Shown piece after piece: positions 1 through 12,145 of a DNA stretch of 64,000 bases. The stretch lies in NCBI GenBank assembly GCA_964291655.2, contig OZ219802.1:2272001-2336000 (forward strand), in the 5' to 3' direction. A model generated the notes under the pieces. It did not search any database and was not told where the DNA came from. It worked only from the letters and a program-made list of their open reading frames with translations. Position numbers and translations under genes: made by a program. Source of the DNA: Chloroflexota bacterium. GTDB taxonomy: Bacteria; Chloroflexota; UBA11872; VXOZ01. Numbering within the stretch: position 1 is the first letter of the stretch; every line of letters starts with the position of its first letter.

Positions 1-290
1 TGCGGCAATAAGAAGTGGCGCACACCAAGGGAGTGGCAGCGCTCGATTGCCGCTTGCACCGGTGCAATCAACCCCCTGACCCGTTCTCCCGCCAGCGGCC
101 CTTTGTGGCAGAAGCCATTTACCATGTCTACGACGAACACCGCGACGTTTTCTGCTGTGACTCCTTTAGCGGCCCAATCGCTTGCCAAATCAAGCGGCGC
201 GAGACCAGCGTGCCAGCCGGTCAAGTATGCCAAGAACGCATCACTGCCCTGCATTAGTGCTTGAGAACGCTCGGGTATTTGCGTGCTCAC
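1..290 (-). CDS. isochorismatase/nicotinamidase-family cysteine hydrolase, 5' part (runs off the window)
   Basis: Translated by hand: GTG at 290 with AAGGAGG RBS gives MSTQIPERS...VAVFVVDMVNGFCHKGPLAGERVRGLIAPV, the typical VVDMxNGF motif. Absent from the ORF track because it is truncated. Confidence 0.8.
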   Translation of the reverse strand, partial: MSTQIPERSQALMQGSDAFLAYLTGWHAGLAPLDLASDWAAKGVTAENVAVFVVDMVNGFCHKGPLAGERVRGLIAPVQAAIERCHSLGVRHFLLP

Positions 291-559
291 GTGTTGCCTC
301 CTTTATCATGTCCGCCTGACCGCCGCGCTCCGGCATTGTGCCTCAAGCTCTTATTGTGCTTGAAACCGCTAGGTCTGTAAGAAGCTGCAGTAGGGATGTA
401 AATAACAAGCAGCCTCCCAATTATCGCCCACGTCCCCATTCTCACTCCCCCATAGAAACTGGGTGTAGTGCGGGGGATAGGCCCACGCTTGCGATGTCGC
501 TTGCGTGGCAACGGATTTCTTGTGGCACGGAGAAGATGGAGTCCCGCGTGCGCGGGAAT

Positions 560-813
560 TGTAAGTGTTGAGTAATTCGCTGACAGAATTCTCTCCCAAA
601 TTGGCAGTGTTGACAGATCATGTCATTCCGAACGGAGCGCAGCGAAGAGTCGCTCGGAGCGCGGAATCTAAGATGTTGAGCCTATTGGGCGACACGTTGC
701 ATGGGCCCTAGATTCCTCGCTCCGCTCGGAATGACATGTGTACTGTTCATGTAGAGTACTGCGTTCAGCTGCTCTTGTTCTCAAATCTGTCGACGAATTA
801 CCTGGCACTTACA
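560..813. mobile_element. non-autonomous MITE-like element with TGT...ACA ends and a REP-doublet core
   Basis: Imperfect 28-bp TIRs (TGTAAGTGTTGAGTAATTCGCTGACAGA / TCTGTCGACGAATTACCTGGCACTTACA) flanked by a 5-bp direct repeat GGAAT (555-559, 814-818). Related copies at 14928 and 19289. Confidence 0.8.
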
Positions 814-843
814 GGAATGACGGACCAGGGCGCTGTCTCTCTT

Positions 844-1617
844 TTATAGAATAGCGCGAATTGTTTCACCGACGCCGATGTCAAGCGCATGTGCCGCGCC
901 GGCACGGGGCAAGGCGATTTCAATACGCCCGCCGCTATTCACCACTGCCACAATGCCATCGCCCGCTGCATAGTGGGGTGTGATGCCGAGAATGGAGCGC
1001 CCACCAATTTCAAAACGAGTGCGCTGAGGTTCTGGGCCAAGGTCTTCCAGCCGCAGGTTGGTAATCAGGTTTCCAAAAACATCAACGTGAATTACTTCGC
1101 CCCGGATGTCACTTCCGCACCGCTGGGGGAGCGGCCAGGGCAGCCGCGCCATACCGGGTACTAGTGTTCCGAGAACTTCAGGCCGGACACCATGCGCTAG
1201 ACGGGCGGCGACCGGGGCAAAGATGTCACGCCCATGGAAGGTTGCGCTCACATGCGACCGCCAGTATTCCGGTCTATCCAGAACGTAGACCCGGGCAGCG
1301 GCCGGATCCGATACCATGCTCGTAAGCACACCGTTATCCGGCGCGACGAACAGGCCTTGCGCAGTTTCGGCGAGTATGGCGGCACGCTCGCTGCCCACAC
1401 CGGGGTCCACAACCACGACATGGATGCAATGCGGTGGGAAATGCGGTACAGCCGTTTCCAACGCGAACGTGCCTGCACGAATATCGTGCGGCGGTATCTC
1501 GTGTGTAATGTCCACGATGGATGCGTGGGGCGCCAGGCGTAGAATTACGCCCTTCATTGCGCCCGTGAACCCGTCCGCGGTGCCAAAGTCAGTAGTGAGG
1601 GTGATGACAGTCGACAT
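844..1617 (-). CDS. SAM hydroxide adenosyltransferase / SAM-dependent chlorinase-fluorinase family (DUF62)
   Basis: Motifs ITLTTDFG, VVVDPGVG, APDNG, SATFHGRDIFAP, DVFGNLITN. Confidence 0.92.
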   Translation of the reverse strand: MSTVITLTTDFGTADGFTGAMKGVILRLAPHASIVDITHEIPPHDIRAGTFALETAVPHFPPHCIHVVVVDPGVGSERAAILAETAQGLFVAPDNGVLTSMVSDPAAARVYVLDRPEYWRSHVSATFHGRDIFAPVAARLAHGVRPEVLGTLVPGMARLPWPLPQRCGSDIRGEVIHVDVFGNLITNLRLEDLGPEPQRTRFEIGGRSILGITPHYAAGDGIVAVVNSGGRIEIALPRAGAAHALDIGVGETIRAIL

Positions 1618-1824
1618 AAGACAGACCGTGGGGCAGAATCTATGACGGTCTCACACTGCTCCTCGCGGCAAGACGTGGCGAGAGACTATGGAGGACCCGA
1701 CCGGGACAAGGTATCTGCCACGCAGGCCGCCGAGTTCACTGCAGTCGGCCGCAAACGTCCGTCTTCCTGCCGGTCGGCGATACGGTTCGGCCGTCGCCAA
1801 AGCAAGCCCCCGACGTGTACAGAG

Positions 1825-2541
1825 CTACTTTGCTTCCCCTTCAGGCTTGCGGGTAGTGCGCGAGCGGGAAGGCGACCGCTGCGACCGACCGGTGGTAGCT
1901 GGGCGACGTCCGCCGCTGCGAGAGCGAGTGGCCGACGATTGCCTGCCGCGCGCTTGTCTCCCTCGCTGGACCGGCCGCGGCCACAAGTCTGCCGGCGTAA
2001 GCAGCGCCTTGAGCTTCTCTTCCACCTGTTTCGCGTCAAGCTCCTCCGACTCCCCGGCCAGCGACACTGCTTGCTTCGCCACCGTGCGTGACGCGCGCTT
2101 CTTCCACACTTTTAGCAGCGTTCCTACCAACTGTTCTTCATACTGTTGCTTCCACTCCCGTTGATAGGAATAGTCGTCCGGCCAGGCCATGGCGACCGTC
2201 TGTGCAAGGCAGCGCACAATGACGGCATCGGCAAGCTCATTCCATCCTTTTTCTCTGGCAGCCGCAGCGAGCGTAAACAGGGCCTGGGGGTGCTTGGCTA
2301 AGGCCTCGGCGGCATCCTTCACGATTTGCTCGTCGTCCAAGGCCGTCAGGGCTGCGGCGAAGGTTTGAAAGGGGGCAAGATCGCACTCAACCGGATCAAC
2401 GGCGGTCGCAGCCCCGATGGCGGCACGCGCCCAACTCAGCGTCTCCTCTTTTTCAGGCGCTGCATCCGCCAGGCTTTGCGCTTTCTGCGAAGCCATCATC
2501 AATTGCGTAGCCGGGATATCATTCCATACCAAAGTAATCAT
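1825..2541 (-). CDS. hypothetical protein, helical with an Arg/Ser-rich C-terminal tail
   Basis: 238-aa ORF with protein-like composition filling an intergenic gap; no recognised motif. Confidence 0.65.
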   Translation of the reverse strand: MITLVWNDIPATQLMMASQKAQSLADAAPEKEETLSWARAAIGAATAVDPVECDLAPFQTFAAALTALDDEQIVKDAAEALAKHPQALFTLAAAAREKGWNELADAVIVRCLAQTVAMAWPDDYSYQREWKQQYEEQLVGTLLKVWKKRASRTVAKQAVSLAGESEELDAKQVEEKLKALLTPADLWPRPVQRGRQARGRQSSATRSRSGGRRPATTGRSQRSPSRSRTTRKPEGEAK

Positions 2542-2810
2542 CGATCAGTGTCATCCTCTCGTGTCTGTCGGAAGTAATTGTTGCTCTTGCATTCGTCTCT
2601 TGGACGCTAGAAATGCACCGGTTGCTCCGCTGCGTATCCTCCGGCTCATGCAATGTCTCTGAGATTTGCAGGCTGCGACGACGGTACATGCCAAGAACCT
2701 CTGCCTACCATTCAGAATTATCGCAGGCTGCACGGAGAAAGGCTACCTGTCATGTGCCCGTGAGTAACAGTAGTACACTCATTCCAATGGGGACGTGCTC
2801 AACTTATTCG

Positions 2811-2975
2811 GCCTGAGCTTGCCTGTCTTCAGTACTCCGACAAGCTCAGCACAGGCCCGTCGAAGGGCCGGAGACCGGGAACGGGAGCCGGATTTGTTGG
2901 AAGGGCCAATTCTCTTGCCGTACCTACTTCGACCCTTCGGCAGGCTCAGGACAGGCAAGCTCAGCATGAACGGCA
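2811..2975. repeat. nested CTGAGCTTGTCGAAG-type palindromic repeat doublet
   Basis: gcctgagcttgcc...cgacaagctcagc...cttcggcaggctcaggacaggcaagctcagcatgaacgg; same motif at about 12320, 16420, 19580-19700, 58850, 59016-59065 and 61187. Confidence 0.7.
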
Positions 2976-3021
2976 AGGACGTCCTGAATGATGGGGGCAT
3001 GCTGAGTCTGGTATCTCTCCC

Positions 3022-5718
<2,697 letters not shown>

Positions 5719-5775
5719 CCTCGGGTTGTCCTTTCCGGTCTCTGCTTTTCCCTGACCCAAGTCTCGCGTTCACAG

Positions 5776-5811
5776 CAACAAAAACCCGCTCTCATCGCCA
5801 GACGAGAGCGG
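5776..5811 (-). terminator. intrinsic terminator in the valS 5' leader (possible attenuator)
   Basis: Minus strand CCGCTCTCGTC-TGGC-GATGAGAGCGG followed by GTTTTTGTTG. Confidence 0.7.
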
Positions 5812-6013
5812 CCGAACTACACCTACGACGGTTAGCAAAGCCGTTGTCGCGTTTGCAGCCAAGCGCGGCAACGCTAACCAATTAGCTTCCTTGTAATGGT
5901 CTTTCCGATACCCCACTGTCCATAAGGACCCTCTCAGCAAGCTATGCGGTAATAAGCCCTGCATGAAAATAGACTCCACAACAAGCCAGCTACCTGTTGT
6001 GAAGCCCAAAACT

Positions 6014-6090
6014 TGGTAGCGCATACGGGATTCGAACCCGTGATCTCCGCCTTGAGAGGGCGGTGTCCTCGGCCACTAGACGAATGCGCC
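6014..6090 (-). tRNA. tRNA-Glu (CTC)
   Basis: GGCGCATTCGTCTAGTGGCCGAGGACACCGCCCTCTCAAGGCGGAGATCACGGGTTCGAATCCCGTATGCGCTACCA; cloverleaf with encoded CCA. Confidence 0.97.
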
Positions 6091-6124
6091 ACGCCAGCCT
6101 TTGTGACACAGGCTTCTTCTCTTG

Positions 6125-6153
6125 AGTATAGGCGAAAATAGAGTGTCGGTCAA
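6125..6153 (-). promoter_or_regulatory. sigma70-type promoter of tRNA-Glu
   Basis: TTGACC-17 nt-TATACT on the minus strand. Confidence 0.8.
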
Positions 6154-6241
6154 GGGGAAAAGGCAGTCGGCGCCTGTGCGCGAGGAGGCTGGACGGATAT
6201 GGAATGGCGGGATCGTCATGCTGCCGCACCGGCTCATCTGT

Positions 6242-6781
6242 TTATCCTTGCCTCGCTTCCGCAAGCTGGAGCAGGGCATCGCCGTGGACGCGAAAGAGAC
6301 GCCACTCGGGCAGCATTTCCGCTCCTAGGCCCTCATAGAAGCGGTGGGAGTCCGTGTTCCAGTCCAGAGCCATCCAATCGAATCGCACGCAGCCGCGTTC
6401 TACGGCAATGGCCGCCACGCGTCGCAGGAGGAGTGTGCCTAACCCGCGGCGCCGGAATTCAGGGGACACGTAGAGGTCCTCCAGATACATGCTCCGCCCG
6501 GCAAGGAATGTGGAATACGTGTGGAAATAAACGGCGTATCCCGCCGGCTCGTCGTCCGCAAACCCAAGAAGCGCCTCGGCCGCCGGCGGGTCACCAAATA
6601 GCGACGCTCGCAAAGCTTCCTCCGTCGCCGTCACCAGATGTGTCAGATGTTCGTACTCCGCCATGCCGTGAATTAAGGCCAAGAGCCGGGGCACGTCATC
6701 TGCCGTCGCACGACGTATCGTGAGCCGGGGCACGTCATCTGCCGTCGCACGACGTATCGTGAGCCGGGGCTGTTTGGTCAT
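6242..6781 (-). CDS. GNAT family N-acetyltransferase (diamine acetyltransferase-like)
   Basis: YSTFLAGRSMYLEDLYVSPEFRRRGLG, ALDWN..FYEGLGA; start at ATG 6781 (MTKQPRL). Confidence 0.92.
   Translation of the reverse strand: MTKQPRLTIRRATADDVPRLTIRRATADDVPRLLALIHGMAEYEHLTHLVTATEEALRASLFGDPPAAEALLGFADDEPAGYAVYFHTYSTFLAGRSMYLEDLYVSPEFRRRGLGTLLLRRVAAIAVERGCVRFDWMALDWNTDSHRFYEGLGAEMLPEWRLFRVHGDALLQLAEARQG
6683..6770. repeat. exact 39-bp tandem duplication inside the GNAT gene
   Basis: gagccggggcacgtcatctgccgtcgcacgacgtatcgt twice plus a 10-bp partial unit; encodes PRLTIRRATADDV twice. Confidence 0.95.
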
Positions 6782-6906
6782 CGCTGTCACCGTCCTTCTG
6801 GGTTGCGGGGCTCCAATGGCGCGGTATCCAAGCCCTAAAGCCAACGTATCTCGAAGTAGGTCTCTGCAGAGTCTCGCTGCGACACCCTAAGAGGTATCTC
6901 AATCCC

Positions 6907-7506
6907 CTATTGCGGGCCGGGAGCGCACCAGGGCTCGACAACGACGCCGGGCCAGGTCCGTTTCCAGCGGCTGGCTTTCTCCTCGTACCGCCCAGGCAAG
7001 CCGTACGAATAGTTGGGGCGGACGACCATCCGGAAGACATCGTCAAAGCCGAAGGGGGCGTAAACGTCGTAGCCCTCTGGCGTCTTGCGCAGTCCCAGGG
7101 CGGTGCAGCAGTGGAGGAAACTGTCGATGCCTTCTTTCGTACTGTGGAGAGGCTGGTGGGGAATGCCGAACTTTGCGGGATACCAGAGGTGAACGCGGGC
7201 CTGATTGCGGACTTCGACATTGACGCCTAGGTCCGCGAAAGCCGCCGCGCAACTCCGGATTGCCCGGTCCTCTCCCTCCCAACTGAGGTCGTCGAGGTCG
7301 CAGTAAAGGACATCGTAGTCTATGATGCCGAAGTCCGGAGGGAACCCGCTTACTTTGTTCCAGACAGTCTGACAGAGGCAGCCTGCGGCTAGGTAGGCGT
7401 CCGGCAGCTCAAGCTCTGCCAACCGGTCCGTCAGCGTCCGAATGTTCTCATTTCCGAGAACGATGTCGAGGAACTGCGCGTGGGGGTCCGATTGCATATG
7501 CGCCAT
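6907..7506 (-). CDS. nucleotidyltransferase family protein (DUF925-like)
   Basis: YLAAGCLCQTVWN, IIDYDVLY, EVRNQARVHLWY, YAPFGFDD; start uncertain (7506 or 7530). Confidence 0.85.
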   Translation of the reverse strand: MAHMQSDPHAQFLDIVLGNENIRTLTDRLAELELPDAYLAAGCLCQTVWNKVSGFPPDFGIIDYDVLYCDLDDLSWEGEDRAIRSCAAAFADLGVNVEVRNQARVHLWYPAKFGIPHQPLHSTKEGIDSFLHCCTALGLRKTPEGYDVYAPFGFDDVFRMVVRPNYSYGLPGRYEEKASRWKRTWPGVVVEPWCAPGPQ

Positions 7507-7857
7507 GCTTCCCGGAATTCTCGTCTCCACGAGGGGCCTTCACTATGAGCTCTGCGTCACTCTATTCGCCGTCCTTATAGTGGTCCGCCGTCCGTCTGGC
7601 GGGCAGCGACGTTTCATGGGAACTCTACCACAGCCATGCTGGGCGATCTTCAGGCGATCCACCGGACCTGGGACTGCCTACAGGTGCAGAATTATCCGCA
7701 TGCTTAAGTTTCATGCTTCAGTGAAACCTGGTGGGCGCAGCTTGAATTGCAGGGCAACCGATCATGTGGGGCGTACGCGTTTTCTTCAGCTAATGATTGA
7801 CATACAATAGAACCGAAGCGGTTTCCAGGACTTGCTGTTTATGACCCTTCGTAAGGA

Positions 7858-8991
7858 ATGCTAATCTGCCCAATGCGCGTGCTACGTTCACTTATTCTTC
7901 TGATTCTGGTCGCTAGCTTGTTGGCAACGAGTTGTCTGAGCGCGTCCCAAGAGCGTGCGATTTTCAAGTCGGCGTTGCTGCTCACTGAGGTGTTGCCGCA
8001 GATTCCCATCAAGCCGCTCAGCTTCGCGGGCAATCCCATTCGACAGGAGCGTACCGACTACGGCGGGTCAGACTCGGCGCTCGTTGGCGATCTCTACCTG
8101 CCTGACGGTGACGGGCCGTTTGGGGCAATTCTTATCTACCTGGGCATTGCGTCGCCGGCAGACGATCCCTACGCCCAAGCGCTGGTGCGCGGCCTGGCAC
8201 AGCAAGGGATTGTGGTGCTCATCCACCAGTCGCGCCGCATGGAAGCCGGCATCATCGATCCCGCGGAAGTCGAAGGCATCGTTCAAGCAGTGCGTTATCT
8301 GCGGGAACGCCCGGTGGTAGACCGCGAGCGCGTGGGCATTCTGGGGTTCTCAGTCGGTTCCGGCCTTGCGCTGCGGGCGGCGGCGGATCCGCGCATCCGC
8401 GATGACATCGCGTTTGTGCACAGTTTTGGTGGTTACTTTGACGCGGCGAATGTGCTCAGCGCCGTGACCACGCAGCAGGTCATTGTCGACGGCAAAGATG
8501 TCCCCTGGACGCCAGATCCTCTCGCCGCCAGCCTGTTTCAGCATGCGCTGCTGGCTACGGTTACGAACGAAACGGAGCGCGTACGGCTCCAGGCAGCGCT
8601 TGCAGGTGAGGCTGAGCCTCCCGCGGAACTGTCACAACGAGGGCGAACGCTGCTCGCTCTGTACGAAAACACGGACCCGCACCGTACCCGCGAGATTCTG
8701 GCGCGTGATCCCACCCTGGTGGGTTGGCTGCAGGAGATTTCGCCCGCAACCGATATGCGGAACGTGCACGCACGGCTCTACATCGCTCACGACCACGCCG
8801 ATGCCTTTCTGCCCTACAGCGAGTCGCTGCTCCTTGCGGAAGCTGCCCGTGAACACACAACCGTGGTGTTTCGGTCGTTTGTCCTCTTTGCCCACCTCTA
8901 CCCGACGAACGACGCCGGCCAACTCATCTTTTTCCGCGAGGTGTGGAATCTCTATTGGCACGTGGTCGCGGTGCTTGCGGAGGTGGCCTAA
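7858..8991 (+). CDS. alpha/beta-fold hydrolase with an N-terminal signal/membrane anchor
   Basis: RVGILGFSVGS nucleophile elbow; hydrophobic N-terminus. Confidence 0.8.
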   Translation: MLICPMRVLRSLILLILVASLLATSCLSASQERAIFKSALLLTEVLPQIPIKPLSFAGNPIRQERTDYGGSDSALVGDLYLPDGDGPFGAILIYLGIASPADDPYAQALVRGLAQQGIVVLIHQSRRMEAGIIDPAEVEGIVQAVRYLRERPVVDRERVGILGFSVGSGLALRAAADPRIRDDIAFVHSFGGYFDAANVLSAVTTQQVIVDGKDVPWTPDPLAASLFQHALLATVTNETERVRLQAALAGEAEPPAELSQRGRTLLALYENTDPHRTREILARDPTLVGWLQEISPATDMRNVHARLYIAHDHADAFLPYSESLLLAEAAREHTTVVFRSFVLFAHLYPTNDAGQLIFFREVWNLYWHVVAVLAEVA

Positions 8992-9150
8992 GGTCAAGCC
9001 TGGGATGGTGTTTAGGCTAAGGCCAAGAGGCGGGGGACAAGCCCCCGCGCTACGACTGGAGGTCGCGGAGCTTGCGGAGGCGGCCAAAGGTCAAGCCTGG
9101 GATGGTGTTTAGGCTTGGGCTAGGAGGCGGGGGACAAGCCCCCGCGTTAC
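8964..9150. repeat. 97-bp tandem duplication (gene end plus REP)
   Basis: Units start at 8964 and 9061, each ending in GCGGGGGACAAGCCCCCGCG(C/T)TAC. Confidence 0.85.
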
Positions 9151-9347
9151 GGCAGGAGTTCGCCTCACCGCTGCCGGAGGTAGCCTTTGGGCTGTGGTTC
9201 CGAATGGCCGCAGGTTTCAAACCTGCGCTACCGGAGAGCGTGGTGTTCGTCTGAAGAAACCCCGCAGTGAACACGGTTAACGCTGTTCGCCGCCCGGCAC
9301 TGAGCAGAAGGCTAGACCTGCGATCCGTATCCTTGAGCTGGCCTCGC

Positions 9348-11015
9348 TTACATGTGTTCCGGCGCGGACATGCCCATCAGGCTGAGGCAGCGGGCCAACA
9401 CGAGTTTGGCCGCTTGCACGAGTTGCAGGCGGGCGCGTGAGAGCGCGAGGTTGTCGGAGTCTATCACGCGGCAGTCGCGGTAGAAGGCATGGAAGAGCGA
9501 CGCCAATTCCTGGGCATAGAAGGCGAGCCGGTGCGGCGCATGCTGCAGCGCCACGTCTTCGACGAGTTCCGGCAATCGCAGCATCATACGCAAGAGAGAA
9601 AGCTCGGCGGGATGTTGCAAGAGGTCGAGATCGGTATCGCCTGAGCCGACGCCCTCCTGTTGCGCGCGTTCCAAAATGCTCGCCGTGCGCGCGTGGGCAT
9701 ATTGGATGTAATACACCGGATTCTCGTCCGACTGCTCCTGCGCCAGGTCCAGGTCGAACGTCATGGCGCTATCCGGCGACCGCGCCACCAGGAAGTAGCG
9801 GCTTGCGTCAACGCCGACTTCCTCCACTACTTCACGCACGGTTACGACGTCACCGGTGCGCTTGGACATGCGCACCTCTTCACCGCCCCGCAGCACGCGC
9901 ACAAGCTGGTAGAGGAGAATCGTTAGCTGTTCGGGGTCGTGCCCGAGGGCTGCCAGTGAGGCTTTCACCCGCGGCACATGACCGTGATGGTCCGCGCCCC
10001 AGACATCGATGAGGCTCGTGAAGCCCCGTTCCAGCTTATAGGCATGGTAGGCAATATCGGCGGCAAAATACGTCGGTTCGCCGTTGCTCCGCACCAGGAC
10101 GTTGTCTTTATCATCCTCAACGTCGCTCGAGACGAACCAGGTTGCCCCTTCTCGCTCGGCCACGCGGCCGCGCTCGCGCAAGGTGTGTATGGCGGCCTGC
10201 ACGCGGCCTTCATCTTCCAGCCAGGCCTGAGAAAGCCACTCGTCAAACGCTACGCCCAATAGCGCACAGTCCTCACGGATAGAATCCAGCATCAGGGCAA
10301 GGCCGCGCTTGTGGAGCTTGTGCAGTGCCTCGCTTTCCGGGATGTACAGCAGTGTATCGCCATCTTCCTGCTTAACCTGCTTGGCAAGCTCAATCATATA
10401 CTCCCCGGCGTAGCCGTCCGCCGGCACGTGAGCGTCCATAGCGTGCAGTTGCTGGTAGCGTGCCAGCAGCGTGCGGGCAAAGGTATCCATCTGGCCGCCT
10501 ACGTCGTTGACGTAGTACTCCCGCTGCACGGCGAAGTTTGCGGCTTCCAACACCCGCGCCAGCGTGTCACCGAGCACGATATTGCGTCCGCTGCCGATGG
10601 TGAGCGGGCCGGTGGGATTTGCGCTGCAAAACTCGATTTGGAGCGCAGCCCCGCCGCCCACGTCGCAGTTGCCGTACGCTTCACCTTGGGCGACAACGTC
10701 GCCTACCTGCCGCGCTAGCCATGTCTCGTCCAAATGGAAGTTGATGAACCCCGGTGGGGCCGCGGCGACCTGAGCAAGGTATGGGCTCTCCGGCAGCGCC
10801 GCCACAATCACCTCGGCAACCTGCATGGGCGGCATGCGCACGGCGCGCGACAACCGCAAAGCCAGATTAGAGGCGTAGTCGGCTTTCTCCGGCGGGGCGT
10901 ACTCTACGGTCACGTCGGTATTCGCCAGCGGCGGGAGCTTATTCTCCTGCTGCGCCACGCCGAGTGCCTGCACCAGGAGTCCGCGAATGTGCGTGCGTGC
11001 CGATTCTCTGTTCAT
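9348..11015 (-). CDS. argS: arginyl-tRNA synthetase
   Basis: EFCSANPTGPLTIGSGR, WGADHHGH, RMSKRTG, NPVYYIQYAHAR; start at ATG 11015. Confidence 0.97.
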   Translation of the reverse strand: MNRESARTHIRGLLVQALGVAQQENKLPPLANTDVTVEYAPPEKADYASNLALRLSRAVRMPPMQVAEVIVAALPESPYLAQVAAAPPGFINFHLDETWLARQVGDVVAQGEAYGNCDVGGGAALQIEFCSANPTGPLTIGSGRNIVLGDTLARVLEAANFAVQREYYVNDVGGQMDTFARTLLARYQQLHAMDAHVPADGYAGEYMIELAKQVKQEDGDTLLYIPESEALHKLHKRGLALMLDSIREDCALLGVAFDEWLSQAWLEDEGRVQAAIHTLRERGRVAEREGATWFVSSDVEDDKDNVLVRSNGEPTYFAADIAYHAYKLERGFTSLIDVWGADHHGHVPRVKASLAALGHDPEQLTILLYQLVRVLRGGEEVRMSKRTGDVVTVREVVEEVGVDASRYFLVARSPDSAMTFDLDLAQEQSDENPVYYIQYAHARTASILERAQQEGVGSGDTDLDLLQHPAELSLLRMMLRLPELVEDVALQHAPHRLAFYAQELASLFHAFYRDCRVIDSDNLALSRARLQLVQAAKLVLARCLSLMGMSAPEHM

Positions 11016-11108
11016 GAGTTTAATTCGTTCCTGCTCTTTGACACTCGACGGCCTGGTAACGACTCTCTCATGCGGTAGCATTACCGTTCGTTTAGAGTCG
11101 ACAGTTCT

Positions 11109-11139
11109 AAATAAAGAAAGCGACCGCTTGGTGGCCGCT
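11109..11139 (-). terminator. intrinsic terminator in the argS upstream leader
   Basis: Minus strand AGCGGCCACCAAGCGGTCGCT followed by TTCTTTATTT. Confidence 0.6.
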
Positions 11140-11302
11140 ATCTGTAATCTCCATACTACGTTGTAGCGCCCTCGATTTCAAGCCTTGGCTTCGATTAGCC
11201 AGGTTCTCCTTCCTGCGTACCGCTGCCCAGCGCGTGGTATTCTAGTGCTACGTAAGCAGCAGCAAAGAACGCGCGTCGCCGCACTTGAGAATGGTAGGTA
11301 GC

Positions 11303-12145
11303 ATGATTGTAGACGTACACTCGCACATGGCAGATTCGACGCTTCATCTTAGTGATGAGTTCAAGGCCGATCTCGATGCATCGTGGAAAGACCACACCAT
11401 TCACGCGCCGCCTGAGGTGCACCGGCAAGAAGCAGTCGCCGACGTGGACGCTGTCATCGTCTTTCCGCTCAACGCGCCGCACAGCGGCATTGTGGTGCCC
11501 AACGAATACGTGGCCGACTATGTGCGCGGGGCCGGTGAGAACGTTATCGGCTTTGCGAGTGTCGACGCCAACGATGCGGATGCCCCCGACCGGCTTGAAC
11601 ATGCGGTCAAGCAACTCGGTCTGCGCGGCCTCAAGATCGGCCCAATCTACCAGGGCTACGATCCACTTTCCGCTGGGGCGCTCGCCATGTTCGCGAAAGC
11701 CGAGGCGCTCAGCACTCCCGTGATGTGGCACCATGGCACGACCTTTGTGCGCAAAGCGCCGCTGAGGTTCGCCCAACCCTGGCAGGTGGACGAGGTTGCC
11801 ATTCGCTTTCCCGACCTCAAGATCATCGTGGCGCACATGGGACATCCCGGTATCGGAGAGACCGTCTCTGTCGTGCGCAAGCAGCCGAACGTCTACACCG
11901 ACATCAGCGGACTCTATCCCCGCCCCTGGCAGTACTATAACGCGCTCATGACTTCCATCGAATACGGCGCTGCACACAAGTTGCTCTTCGGCACGGACTT
12001 CCCACTTTTCTCCGCCGCTGACACGATGGCCGGGCTACGCAATGTCAACGCGCTGGTAGAAGGCACCGCGCTCCCGCGGGTGCCGGAGGACGTGATCGAG
12101 GGGATTATCCACCGCGAGAGCCTGGCGCTGCTGGGACTGGAGTAG
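11303..12145 (+). CDS. amidohydrolase_2 family metal-dependent hydrolase
   Basis: MIVDVHSH, GLKIGP, AHMGHP, FGTDFP. Confidence 0.9.
   Translation: MIVDVHSHMADSTLHLSDEFKADLDASWKDHTIHAPPEVHRQEAVADVDAVIVFPLNAPHSGIVVPNEYVADYVRGAGENVIGFASVDANDADAPDRLEHAVKQLGLRGLKIGPIYQGYDPLSAGALAMFAKAEALSTPVMWHHGTTFVRKAPLRFAQPWQVDEVAIRFPDLKIIVAHMGHPGIGETVSVVRKQPNVYTDISGLYPRPWQYYNALMTSIEYGAAHKLLFGTDFPLFSAADTMAGLRNVNALVEGTALPRVPEDVIEGIIHRESLALLGLE

Noticed and set aside
2551-2733. 60-aa ORF upstream of the 238-aa hypothetical gene
   Set aside because: No convincing RBS or motif; probably a promoter or leader region.
5770-6010. T-box or TPP riboswitch upstream of valS
   Set aside because: A GCTGAGA motif is present, but I find neither the T-box antiterminator sequence nor the TPP CCTGATC core.
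6014-7530. Genomic island integrated at tRNA-Glu
   Set aside because: No integrase and no duplicated tRNA 3' end are seen; the tRNA 3' side leads directly to the valS leader.
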